A stretch of 26,227 nt of DNA from Pseudomonadota bacterium (GTDB lineage: Bacteria; UBA10199; 2-02-FULL-44-16; JAAZCA01). A program made the position numbers and the translations under genes. Position 1 is the stretch's first letter; each line of letters starts with the position of its first letter. This document shows positions 1 through 8,507 of this stretch, piece after piece. Location: the NCBI GenBank assembly GCA_043822785.1, contig JBDRBN010000062.1, positions 1 to 26,227 of the forward strand, given 5' to 3'. The notes below the pieces were generated by a model, which saw nothing but the letters and a program-made list of their open reading frames with translations, was not told the origin of the DNA and searched no databases.

Positions 1-153
1 GGATAAAACAGAAGAGAATATGGACTGACATCACCCGAATATTTGGCCGGTAGTATTATGTAACAAAATTCTCATATTTTTTTGTCAAAGAACGTTTATA
101 TCAAGTCACCCTCCCCAATTGCGACACAGTCTCACAAAGGGAAGGGAATTCAG

Positions 154-822
154 CTAAACATAACACCTGGTAAACCAATTCATCAGAAGATTTGCTGCTG
201 CGTGAAAAAGAGTTGGAGCCAATATGAGGCCGGTCCTTTCGCGCAGATATCCAAACACGAGTGCAGGAAAAAAAATAAAGATATGCCACCACTGATACAC
301 AACAATCGAATGTGCAATCGCAAATACAAAAGCTGTAATAAGAAAACCCCATCCTAAGTTGACACCTAATATTCTCTTCCGCCCGGGAAATATCCTGTTC
401 ATGGCTGACTGAAAATATCCCCTAAAGTAAAACTCCTCTGGAAGGGCAACGATCAAAAGCTGTACCAGCAGCAAGTCAGTAAAACCAGAAAAGCCAGCCA
501 CGGAAAAAGCTGTCTTTCCAAGCACGATCTTTTGCCAGAAGTGCGCTGCCACAAGAAATGGCGGAAAGATTATCAAGGCTGATATCACAAATACGCCAAC
601 TGCCCTTGCAATATCCTTTAGGCCAAAGGCAAAAAAATCCAGAGGGCGCTTGCGAATCCAAAGCACGATGAGGGGTATGCCTATGAGCATATAGGCTACG
701 AAATAAGATATGTGGGAACCTATAAACGCATTTGCTCGCGCAAGAAAAAGCAGATGCGTTATAACCAAAATCGCTGCTGTAACCGCAGAAAGCTCTATAG
801 CCAATGATCGCTCTATCTTCAT
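154..822 (-). CDS. CPBP/Abi (type II CAAX) glutamic intramembrane protease, myxosortase (MXAN_2755/MrtX)-like
   Basis: Multi-TM protein with the CPBP motifs VALPEEFYFRGY, FAIAH and FHAAAN. The segments FFPALVFGYLRERTG and ILGVNLG resemble myxosortase-family sequences as I recall them. Its start overlaps the upstream lgt stop (ATGA, 819-822). Confidence 0.85.
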   Translation of the reverse strand: MKIERSLAIELSAVTAAILVITHLLFLARANAFIGSHISYFVAYMLIGIPLIVLWIRKRPLDFFAFGLKDIARAVGVFVISALIIFPPFLVAAHFWQKIVLGKTAFSVAGFSGFTDLLLVQLLIVALPEEFYFRGYFQSAMNRIFPGRKRILGVNLGWGFLITAFVFAIAHSIVVYQWWHIFIFFPALVFGYLRERTGLILAPTLFHAAANLLMNWFTRCYV

Positions 823-1610
823 TCAGACTTCTCCGCTATACGCGTTTTTTGGCAATAACGCCAAATTCCAAAGCCTGTGATAAAGGTAAAGATCATGGCG
901 ATCTGCCCGGTTGAAAGCGCACCATCAAACCACAGGCCACGATCCTCATCGCCCCTCAAGAATTCAATGAAGAAGCGCGTCACTGCATAGTACATAAAAA
1001 AGGATGCCATGATCTGTCCGTAGAACTTTCTGTAGCGATAGACCAAAAGCAAAACGCCCCACATCACAAGTGCATTGGCCATATTGTAAATCTGCGTAGC
1101 ATGAAGGGGTACTCCCAAATATTGGTAGCCAGCAGTTGAATCAGGATTATTGAACACCAGGTGGATAAAAAAATCGGTGGTCTTTCCATAGCAGCAGCCC
1201 ACTAAAAGGCACCCCACCCGCGTGAAGAATATGACGATAGGCACAGATAATGCCAACAGATCCATATAGCGCCACACGTTTAGCCTTCGTTTCCATAAAT
1301 AGATGATGCATGCGGAAATAGAGGCAATATATGCTCCTATAGAAACAAATCCACCTTGCCAGAAATAAAAAACCCGCAGGGGATGTTTCCAATAATAAAC
1401 CGGACTCTCGACCAGGATGTGAAATAATCGTGAGCCCAGCACAGCCGCTATGACCGCAATTATGCCGCAATCGAGTATGGCGATGGGATCGGAGCCCTCG
1501 CGCTTTGCAAGGTATGAGCCAAAAAAAGTTGCTAACAGCGCACCTGTTACGATCATCACAAAAAACGCAGGCACCCCAAGCCCACCTATATGGAAGAGAT
1601 AAGGCCTCAT
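819..1610 (-). CDS. lgt: Prolipoprotein diacylglyceryl transferase family protein (divergent paralogue)
   Basis: GSRLFHI, WQGG, RVGCLLVGCCYG, LHATQIY and RFFIEFLRGD motifs; Lgt-like hydrophobic pattern; directly downstream of lspA. Confidence 0.9.
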   Translation of the reverse strand: MRPYLFHIGGLGVPAFFVMIVTGALLATFFGSYLAKREGSDPIAILDCGIIAVIAAVLGSRLFHILVESPVYYWKHPLRVFYFWQGGFVSIGAYIASISACIIYLWKRRLNVWRYMDLLALSVPIVIFFTRVGCLLVGCCYGKTTDFFIHLVFNNPDSTAGYQYLGVPLHATQIYNMANALVMWGVLLLVYRYRKFYGQIMASFFMYYAVTRFFIEFLRGDEDRGLWFDGALSTGQIAMIFTFITGFGIWRYCQKTRIAEKSE

Positions 1611-1621
1611 AAAGTTGTTAA

Positions 1622-1647
1622 CGTTTCTCGCCTTTCTCGCGTGTCTC
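1622..1647. repeat. Intergenic 9-bp tandem repeat (CGTTTCTCG-like, about 3 copies)
   Basis: cgtttctcg cctttctcg cgtgtctct between lspA and lgt. Confidence 0.6.
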
Positions 1648-2172
1648 TCATTTCTCGCTTCTTTTAATAGCCGTTATCACAACGAGCGCTACTGCTATGG
1701 TTATTGCCGCATCCGCCACATTGAAGGCAGGCCACTCTAAAGGCACATTAAATCTGTATCCAAATATAACGCTATCAACAGCTTTGTCTCTGATATGAAA
1801 TGAAAGAAAATCGATCACCGCACCAAAACGCACCCTATCCAAAACATTGCCCGCTATGCCCCCAAACACCAGTGAAAGAGCAAAGGGAAGAAGACGCTCG
1901 CCAGCGCACAACGCGCGATACATAAATGCAAGAGCAACAGTAGCCACAACTGCTATAATATAGAAAAAAGGAATCCTTAAGACATCGGGTACACCTGAAA
2001 ACATACCAAAGGCAGCGCCTAAGTTGCGAAAGTGAACGATATCAAAGAACCCGGGTATGATTGCAATCCTTTCGCCCAATGGGAGCAAGTTCACTATCAT
2101 CCATTTTGTTATCTGGTCGAGCAGAAATACCGCTGGGACAGTAAAAATGAGAATCTTATATTTTAATTTCAT
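1648..2172 (-). CDS. lspA: Lipoprotein signal peptidase II
   Basis: DQITK, NLGAAFG, GNVLDR, VIDF and WPAFNVAD motifs; follows ileS. Confidence 0.97.
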   Translation of the reverse strand: MKLKYKILIFTVPAVFLLDQITKWMIVNLLPLGERIAIIPGFFDIVHFRNLGAAFGMFSGVPDVLRIPFFYIIAVVATVALAFMYRALCAGERLLPFALSLVFGGIAGNVLDRVRFGAVIDFLSFHIRDKAVDSVIFGYRFNVPLEWPAFNVADAAITIAVALVVITAIKRSEK

Positions 2173-2199
2173 AATAACTCGAAAACTCCTGATGCTTTA

Positions 2200-2235
2200 C
2201 GTTTCTCGCGTTGCTTGCGTTGCTTGCGTTTCTCG
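2200..2235. repeat. Intergenic 9-bp tandem repeat (CGTT[G/T]CT[T/C]G x4)
   Basis: cgtttctcg cgttgcttg cgttgcttg cgtttctcg immediately after the ileS stop. Confidence 0.75.
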
Positions 2236-2237
2236 CC

Positions 2238-5024
2238 TTAAAGTACTGATGCGCACCTTTCACAGATTGTAGGATGCGTTTTGTTACTTCCAATCGTTGT
2301 TGAAAATTTCCAGCACCGCTCGCACTTGGCTCCGTCTGACTTTTCTACAGATACTTTTAGGCCGCACACTTCCTCACTCTCAAACATATAGGGCCCTTGT
2401 GCTTTTCCAAAGGATACATCTGAGATGATCAACAGATCAGCCAAATGACAGACAAAACCCTCCAAAAACGTTTTCATCTCCGCAGGACATTCGATTATAA
2501 CTTTGGCTGCAAGCGAATTGCCTATAAAGCGATCAGCTCTTGCTTTCTCCAGCGCCTTGGTGACTTCTCCGCGCAACTGCATAAATCTGCCCCAGCGCTC
2601 AAGTAGTTCTTGATCTGGATCCGACACAGCTGGCATGTCAGCCAAGAACACACTGGGTGCAGCTTTTCCAACGTGCGGCATAATTTGCCATATCTCATCT
2701 GCTGTGAATGAGTAGATGGGGGCCATGAGCTTTACCATGGCATCAAGAATTTGCCACAAAACGCTTTGAGCCGAGCGCCTGAGTTTGCCATCTGTCTTCT
2801 CAGCATAAAGCCTGTCTTTTAGTATATCCAGATAAAACGCCGACATCTCTACGGTGCAAAAACGATTCAGCAGCTGTGCAATCGTATGAAACTCAAACTT
2901 CTCATATGCATTAAGAATGCGCGCAGCCACCCGGGACATTTCAGACAGAGCCCATCTATCGATCTCCAAAAGTTCGCTCTCTTTCAACATATCCTTTTGG
3001 GGATCAAAATCACTTAGGTTGCCCAACATGTAGCGAACTGTATTTCTGAGCTTTCGGTAACTCTCTATGCACCTCATGAGAATTTCTTCAGAAAAACGAA
3101 TGTCGCCGCGATAGTCCTCTGCTGCCACCCAAAGCCTTAAGATCTCTGCGCCGTGTTGGTTTATTAGTTTTTCAGGCGGCACATAGTTCTTGGCGGATTT
3201 AGAATATTTTTTACCCTCTGCATCCACAACAAAACCGTGCGTTAGCACCCTTCTGTACGGAGCGGCGTTTCGCGTAGCAATAGATGTAAGAAGCGATGTG
3301 TGAAACCATCCCCTGTGCTGATCACTCCCTTCAAGATAAAGGTCTGCTGGGATTTTAATGCCTTCCTCAGCCTCCAACACCGCAGCATAGGACACGCCTG
3401 AATCAAACCAAACGTCGAGTATGTCCGGCTCTTTGCCAAACCATTCGGTCTCACCGCACGATGGGCATTTAAATCCCTTTGGTTTAAAATCCTCTGCTGG
3501 GCGAACATACCACGAGTCTGCGCCCTCTTTTTCAAAAATGCTAACAGCTCGATTAACTAATTCGGGCGTGGTATGCGATACGTTGCACGATGAACAGACC
3601 AAAGCGATTACGGGTACGCCCCAAAGCCGCTGCCGCGATACGCACCAATCTGGCCTAACCGATATCATGCCAGAGATCCTGTTCTGACCCCAAGGAGGAA
3701 TCCACTGCACACCCTCTATGGCTTTAAGCGCGCGCTTACGCAGATCTTTATCCTCCATGGAGATGAACCACTGATCTGTGACTCTAAACACTATGGGGTT
3801 TTTGCATCTCCAGCAGTGCGGATAGGAGTGTTCAACTTTCTTGCTGCTCACTAAAGCCCCTACCTCAGCAAGCTTGTCGACTATGGGTTGATTTGCATCT
3901 TCCACAAACTTTCCTGTAAGCCAATCAAGGCCTGCTTCTTTTGTAAAGCGGCCACCATCATCTATAGGGGCCAAAACTTCCAGCCCATAGCGCTGACCAA
4001 CATCAAAATCATCCTGTCCGTGTCCTGGTGCTGTATGCACAGCACCCGTGCCTGCCTCGAGGGTAACGTGCTCACCCAATATGACGAGGGAATCGCGGTC
4101 GAGCAAAGGATGTGCACAGTGTCGGTGTTCCAATTCCAAAGACGTAGGTTTGCCCACGACCGTACTGTAAGTCTTATCGATGCTGCTCATAACTGAATCC
4201 GCCAAGCCCTCTGCCAAAATCCAAATCTCATCCTCAACCTTTACTGCCACATAGGGTAAATTTGGATTTAACGCGATGCCAAGGTTTGCTGGAATCGTCC
4301 AAGGGGTCGTGGTCCAAATCACAAGCGATATGGGTTCATCTTTAAGCTTCCATCTTTTTCGCAGATCAGCATCATCCTTTAGCTTAAACTTTACGTATAT
4401 GGATGGCGATGTGTGTTCAGAATATTCCACTTCTGCTTCAGCAAGCGCGGTGCGGCAGGATGTACACCAGTAAATAGACTTCTTGCCTTTGTACAGAGAC
4501 CCTGTCTTGACAATGTTTCCAAATTCGCGAGCGATAGATGCCTCGTAATCAAATGACATTGTCTTATAAGGCTTCTCCCACCTGCCAAGGCAGCCCAGCC
4601 TCATGAACTCTTCTCGCTGGATGTCTATAAACTTATCAGCATGCTCGCGGCAGGCTTTTCTTATTTCTATAGGAGACATGGTGCGCCTTGCAGCGCCAAG
4701 CTTTTTAATTGTTTCAAGCTCAATCGGAAGACCATGACAATCCCAACCCGGAACAAACTCGCAGCGATAGCCAGACATGTTCTTGTACTTGACTACGATG
4801 TCCTTGAGGATCTTGTTGAGGATAGTGCCAAGATGAAGATGTCCGTTTGCATACGGAGGGCCATCGTGAAGGATGTAGGGCTTAGCCTTTGCGCGCGCCT
4901 CTATCATCCTATGATAGAGTTTCTCATCCTCCCATAGCTTAAGCTGCTTAGGCTCACGCTCTGCGAGGTTAGCCTTCATAGGGAATTCTGTCTTTGGAAG
5001 ATTGAGTGTATCTTTGTAATTCAT
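2238..5024 (-). CDS. ileS: Isoleucine--tRNA ligase (bacterial type 1)
   Basis: LHDGPPYANG, GWDCHGLPIE, WTTTPWT, GTGAVH, DWCVSRQR, EGSDQHRGWF and a C-terminal CERCW...CERC zinc finger. Confidence 0.99.
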   Translation of the reverse strand: MNYKDTLNLPKTEFPMKANLAEREPKQLKLWEDEKLYHRMIEARAKAKPYILHDGPPYANGHLHLGTILNKILKDIVVKYKNMSGYRCEFVPGWDCHGLPIELETIKKLGAARRTMSPIEIRKACREHADKFIDIQREEFMRLGCLGRWEKPYKTMSFDYEASIAREFGNIVKTGSLYKGKKSIYWCTSCRTALAEAEVEYSEHTSPSIYVKFKLKDDADLRKRWKLKDEPISLVIWTTTPWTIPANLGIALNPNLPYVAVKVEDEIWILAEGLADSVMSSIDKTYSTVVGKPTSLELEHRHCAHPLLDRDSLVILGEHVTLEAGTGAVHTAPGHGQDDFDVGQRYGLEVLAPIDDGGRFTKEAGLDWLTGKFVEDANQPIVDKLAEVGALVSSKKVEHSYPHCWRCKNPIVFRVTDQWFISMEDKDLRKRALKAIEGVQWIPPWGQNRISGMISVRPDWCVSRQRLWGVPVIALVCSSCNVSHTTPELVNRAVSIFEKEGADSWYVRPAEDFKPKGFKCPSCGETEWFGKEPDILDVWFDSGVSYAAVLEAEEGIKIPADLYLEGSDQHRGWFHTSLLTSIATRNAAPYRRVLTHGFVVDAEGKKYSKSAKNYVPPEKLINQHGAEILRLWVAAEDYRGDIRFSEEILMRCIESYRKLRNTVRYMLGNLSDFDPQKDMLKESELLEIDRWALSEMSRVAARILNAYEKFEFHTIAQLLNRFCTVEMSAFYLDILKDRLYAEKTDGKLRRSAQSVLWQILDAMVKLMAPIYSFTADEIWQIMPHVGKAAPSVFLADMPAVSDPDQELLERWGRFMQLRGEVTKALEKARADRFIGNSLAAKVIIECPAEMKTFLEGFVCHLADLLIISDVSFGKAQGPYMFESEEVCGLKVSVEKSDGAKCERCWKFSTTIGSNKTHPTICERCASVL

Positions 5025-5035
5025 CGTACCCGTTC

Positions 5036-5515
5036 TTATTCGTTTACGCCAAGGTTGGTGAGCTCAGGTGCAGACTTGCGAAGATAATTGCCGATGCCGG
5101 CCAAAACCTTTTGCTCTACCTCGCCCGAACTATATATGTTGTTGACCAGCGTCTTGACGCGCGATCCCACCTTCACCTGCGTGCGGCCGCTTCCGTCCTC
5201 AACATGGATTTCCAGCTGAAAGTAAGAGTTCGTTGCCCCATAATCGCGCCTGTCAAACAGCTCCAAGTAATGTGAATCAGAGGTTGTGGGAACCCATGAT
5301 GTCTTTATTACACCTGAAGGCAGATCCTCTTCTGCCACAGGCAGATGAGCCTCCTTAAGCGCCCAGCGCACTGCATAGTATGTGTCGTTAGGAGTAGCAG
5401 CGTAGTTTTGAGTAAAATACTGAATTCTGTTGTCCACACGCGCTGAGACCAGCGGCTTTGAACAAGATGAGCACGCAACAGCCACAAAGGCGATCAACAA
5501 TGCGAAAGCTCTCAT
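5036..5515 (-). CDS. Small lipoprotein, possibly BamC/NlpB-like helix-grip fold
   Basis: Likely start ATG 5515, overlapping the lgt stop (TGATG). Signal MRAFALLIAFVAVA-C. GVIKTSWV resembles the BamC-like G-x-I-x-T-x-W segment (fold call is tentative). Confidence 0.75.
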   Translation of the reverse strand: MRAFALLIAFVAVACSSCSKPLVSARVDNRIQYFTQNYAATPNDTYYAVRWALKEAHLPVAEEDLPSGVIKTSWVPTTSDSHYLELFDRRDYGATNSYFQLEIHVEDGSGRTQVKVGSRVKTLVNNIYSSGEVEQKVLAGIGNYLRKSAPELTNLGVNE

Positions 5516-6324
5516 CACGATCCCTCCTTTGCGCAAGATGCGCCCTTGCGCGGCCAGCATTTAAGATACAATGCCATTCCAACAACAAACATGAATATCG
5601 ATATAAATGCGGATGTAGAAAGCCAGGGTTCAATTATAAATCCTCTTTCTACGTCGCCACGATAATATTCACCAATGGATCTGACCAATGCGTATATCAT
5701 GAGATATGTTGCAAAGATTTGGCCGTCAAAACGTTTGAAATATCGAAGCACAAAAAGCACTGAAAAGTTTATGAGCTCGCCACCCACCTCCATGAGCTGG
5801 GTTGGATAAAGCGGCAGGCCTTGCGGCGCAAAGCTGTGTGCGTGAAGGGGAAAGATGACGCTATACCATGCATGGCCATCTACCACCCTTCCATAACAGC
5901 ATCCTGCTAAAAAGCATCCTATGCGTCCTATAGCATGTCCCAGCGCAATGCCCGGTGCAAATACATCACAGGTGAGAAGAACAGGCATGCGGTGTCGCTT
6001 TATATACCATATTGCGGTTGCAACAGCAGCGATGAACCCACCGTAAAAAACAAGGCCGCCTTCCCAAATCTTAAAGAACATGAGCGGATTAGCGATAAAG
6101 CGATCACGCTCGCTTACAGCAACGTGAAGGATTCTAGAGCCTACTATGGCTGCGACGATTACATAAAATCCCAAATCAACAGTTCGCGCTGAGTCAAGCC
6201 CACACCGGCGGCTCTCGCGCGTAATCCACAAGATGCCAGCGAGAAAAGCCAGTGCTACCATGACACCATAGCTGTAGATCGTTATTCCCCCAAAGAGCGG
6301 AATCTTGAACAGAACCGGATACAT
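5515..6324 (-). CDS. lgt: Prolipoprotein diacylglyceryl transferase (more canonical copy)
   Basis: YSYG, GSRILHV, WEGGLVFYGG, GRIGCFLAGCCYG, YPTQLME and RSIGEYYRGD motifs. Confidence 0.95.
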   Translation of the reverse strand: MYPVLFKIPLFGGITIYSYGVMVALAFLAGILWITRESRRCGLDSARTVDLGFYVIVAAIVGSRILHVAVSERDRFIANPLMFFKIWEGGLVFYGGFIAAVATAIWYIKRHRMPVLLTCDVFAPGIALGHAIGRIGCFLAGCCYGRVVDGHAWYSVIFPLHAHSFAPQGLPLYPTQLMEVGGELINFSVLFVLRYFKRFDGQIFATYLMIYALVRSIGEYYRGDVERGFIIEPWLSTSAFISIFMFVVGMALYLKCWPRKGASCAKEGS

Positions 6325-6377
6325 AGCTGATTCGTATAAGGAATCACTCGGTATAAGTAAAGGGGAATATGGTGGTT

Positions 6378-6491
6378 CTCCCCCTTTGTAAGGGGGAGTT
6401 AGAGGGGGTAGATCCTGATCTACCTCCCCCGCGCGTTTGCGTGCAATTCCATTGCCCGCAATTCGCGCCTCCCCTCCTTACAAAGGAGGGG
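6378..6491. repeat. Palindromic intergenic element (CCCCCTT..AAGGGGG type)
   Basis: Hairpins ctccccctt-tgt-aagggggag (6378-6398) and cccctcctt-aca-aaggagggg (6471-6491) in inverted arrangement. Confidence 0.7.
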
Positions 6492-6556
6492 CGCCCATAC
6501 ACGAAAGCGATGACTCCCCATGAGCCATCGCCCCGTGTGGTTTGGGAAAAGGAGTA

Positions 6557-8197
6557 TTATTGGTAACGGACCAGAGTTACATAACCCTGGCTGCCCGTTG
6601 AACCCGAAACGTCGATCTTAGCCGGAACGGTCGAGATGTTGAAATACTTTGCTGTGCTGCCATCGATGCTTGCAGTGTGGCTTCCGCTATATGAGTTGAG
6701 ATTGACTCCATCCAATACAGTTCCTCTTCCATCATCAGCATCGCCTTCAAGAATAACACCTAGCCAGTTGCCGGTCTCCGCATGCCTGGTCCGCGCCTGA
6801 TATATGTAACGGCTATCTTGGCTGATGCCTCGGTCGGTCATGATTAGCGCCACAGACCACAGCGCCATCATCTCATCCCACGCATCCATGGTCGCATTGC
6901 CTTGGAACGCGTTGAGCACATTGTCGACTCCCCTTCTAAAGGTCTGTTCCAGCCTTCCCATGAACGCTTTACCATTGTCAGATTGCTCATACAGATACCT
7001 CAAGAAGAGATACGAACCGCCGCGTTCTAATAAATTGGGCGATGACTGAGTGACGATCCCATAGACAGAAGGGCTGGACAGATATAGCGCATAGCGCGAA
7101 GGATTCTCTCGATTATATCCCATCACATCTTCAATAAGATGTGACATGCCTTCGTTGAGCCAATTATCTTCAGCCGCTCCTCCCTGGACAAATACGTGCT
7201 GGTTGTAGCTTGTGGCATGCTGCAACTCATGAGGAAGAACTGCGGGCAGCAGGTTTTCCATAGCAAAATCGTGGTCCACAGCAGTTCCGTACACACCGCT
7301 TGGATCTGGTACCATGGTGTAGATGATCTCGCGCTCGTTGGAGACAGGATTCGAATCGCTGCGCGCATACAGATCCGCTGCATAGAAGTAACCGGTTATA
7401 ATTCCTCCGCCAAGTGCACCTAGCTTGTTTATCTGAGAAGTCATGAGCACATGAAGCTTGCCATCGCTATCCACATCAGAGCCAGCTCCGAGAAACGATT
7501 CCATCTCGCCGGCATCTGCATCGAACCCATCGCACAGCTCCTGAATATCCGCATCGGATAAATTTTCAGAAGGCACTGTATTGTCGATATAGAATACTAC
7601 GTTTTGGCCAACGCATTTTACATCGCCGGTTATGGTGACGTACGAGGATGTATTGGTGAGGCTGGCGAGCACTCTGAAGTTTTCCCTCTCGCCTAGACCT
7701 GCTGCCTTTGCACTCATGCCCTTGAAATTTGCGTTGTTCACCATGTCCAGAGGCAGCTCGTTTTCTTCTAGTACGGATTCAGAGGCGCGAAGCCAGGCAC
7801 TAAATATTTCATTCGCCTCATAAGCGTCATCCTCCTCTACAGGTTCAATGCTCATGAATTTTCCTGGAGCTAAGAGATCGGGGATAGAAACGTCGGCTGA
7901 AAGGCCCATAGTGGATGCTGATCCAGTATTGCTCGAGTTTCCAACTGCGAGAATAAACTGTGCCCCATCTGCCACTCCCTCAAAATCAAGGGTATAACCT
8001 GTGCTATCAAAACTCGCTAACATGAAGTCACCTACACCCAGTTCAGCAGGGGATGAATAAATAGAGCTAACTCCAGTGCCTCCGTTACCTGATGAAAGAT
8101 CCTGAGTAGATGAGCCGCCGCTACCGCAACCAGCAGCAGCTAATGTGGCGAGAATCAAAAGGATTAACCAACCAGTTCCCCTCCCCTTTGGCTTCAT
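6557..8197 (-). CDS. Zinc metalloprotease lipoprotein (HExxH gluzincin-type, M30-like)
   Basis: Start ATG 8197 with AAGGAG RBS. Lipobox LAAAG-C followed by a Ser/Gly linker. HELQH ... WLNEGMSH motifs. Confidence 0.85.
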   Translation of the reverse strand: MKPKGRGTGWLILLILATLAAAGCGSGGSSTQDLSSGNGGTGVSSIYSSPAELGVGDFMLASFDSTGYTLDFEGVADGAQFILAVGNSSNTGSASTMGLSADVSIPDLLAPGKFMSIEPVEEDDAYEANEIFSAWLRASESVLEENELPLDMVNNANFKGMSAKAAGLGERENFRVLASLTNTSSYVTITGDVKCVGQNVVFYIDNTVPSENLSDADIQELCDGFDADAGEMESFLGAGSDVDSDGKLHVLMTSQINKLGALGGGIITGYFYAADLYARSDSNPVSNEREIIYTMVPDPSGVYGTAVDHDFAMENLLPAVLPHELQHATSYNQHVFVQGGAAEDNWLNEGMSHLIEDVMGYNRENPSRYALYLSSPSVYGIVTQSSPNLLERGGSYLFLRYLYEQSDNGKAFMGRLEQTFRRGVDNVLNAFQGNATMDAWDEMMALWSVALIMTDRGISQDSRYIYQARTRHAETGNWLGVILEGDADDGRGTVLDGVNLNSYSGSHTASIDGSTAKYFNISTVPAKIDVSGSTGSQGYVTLVRYQ

Positions 8198-8234
8198 GGC
8201 TAGCTCCTTTCCCAAACCCTCCGACCTTCAATTG

Positions 8235-8250
8235 AGCAAGGAGCGTGCCA
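8235..8250 (-). promoter_or_regulatory. Sigma54 -24/-12 promoter for the metalloprotease
   Basis: Minus strand TGGCACGCTCCTTGCT matches TGGCAC-N5-TTGCW. An IHF-like TATCATAATGTTA lies at 8288-8300 in the AT-rich upstream region. Confidence 0.85.
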
Positions 8251-8507
8251 TCCTGATATTTTTATAAGACGCCTATTATGGCTTTATTATCATAATGTTA
8301 TACCTCGTTAATGTTATACGATACTCATTGCATGGGTTTTTATTTACCCCATTTACTATATTGGGTGCCTCGAAATGATAAATTGCTTTGTTTTTAAGGA
8401 TATTACTTAGTGGGTAAATTGGCAGGTCAGGAATTTGACTCATTATAATGATATACCCACTTCTCAAACACATGCTTATGTAATAGAGAGTGCGCGGAGG
8501 TAACGGC

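Noticed and set aside
1..90. Start of a further minus-strand gene or its promoter
   Set aside because: Only very short frames are visible, and the TTGACA has no correctly spaced -10.
2200..2235. CRISPR array
   Set aside because: The 9-bp units are contiguous with no spacers, and there are no cas genes.
8270..8290. dif-like site (ATAA...TTATG)
   Set aside because: The spacer is 8 bp rather than 6 and the arms match XerC/XerD sites poorly.
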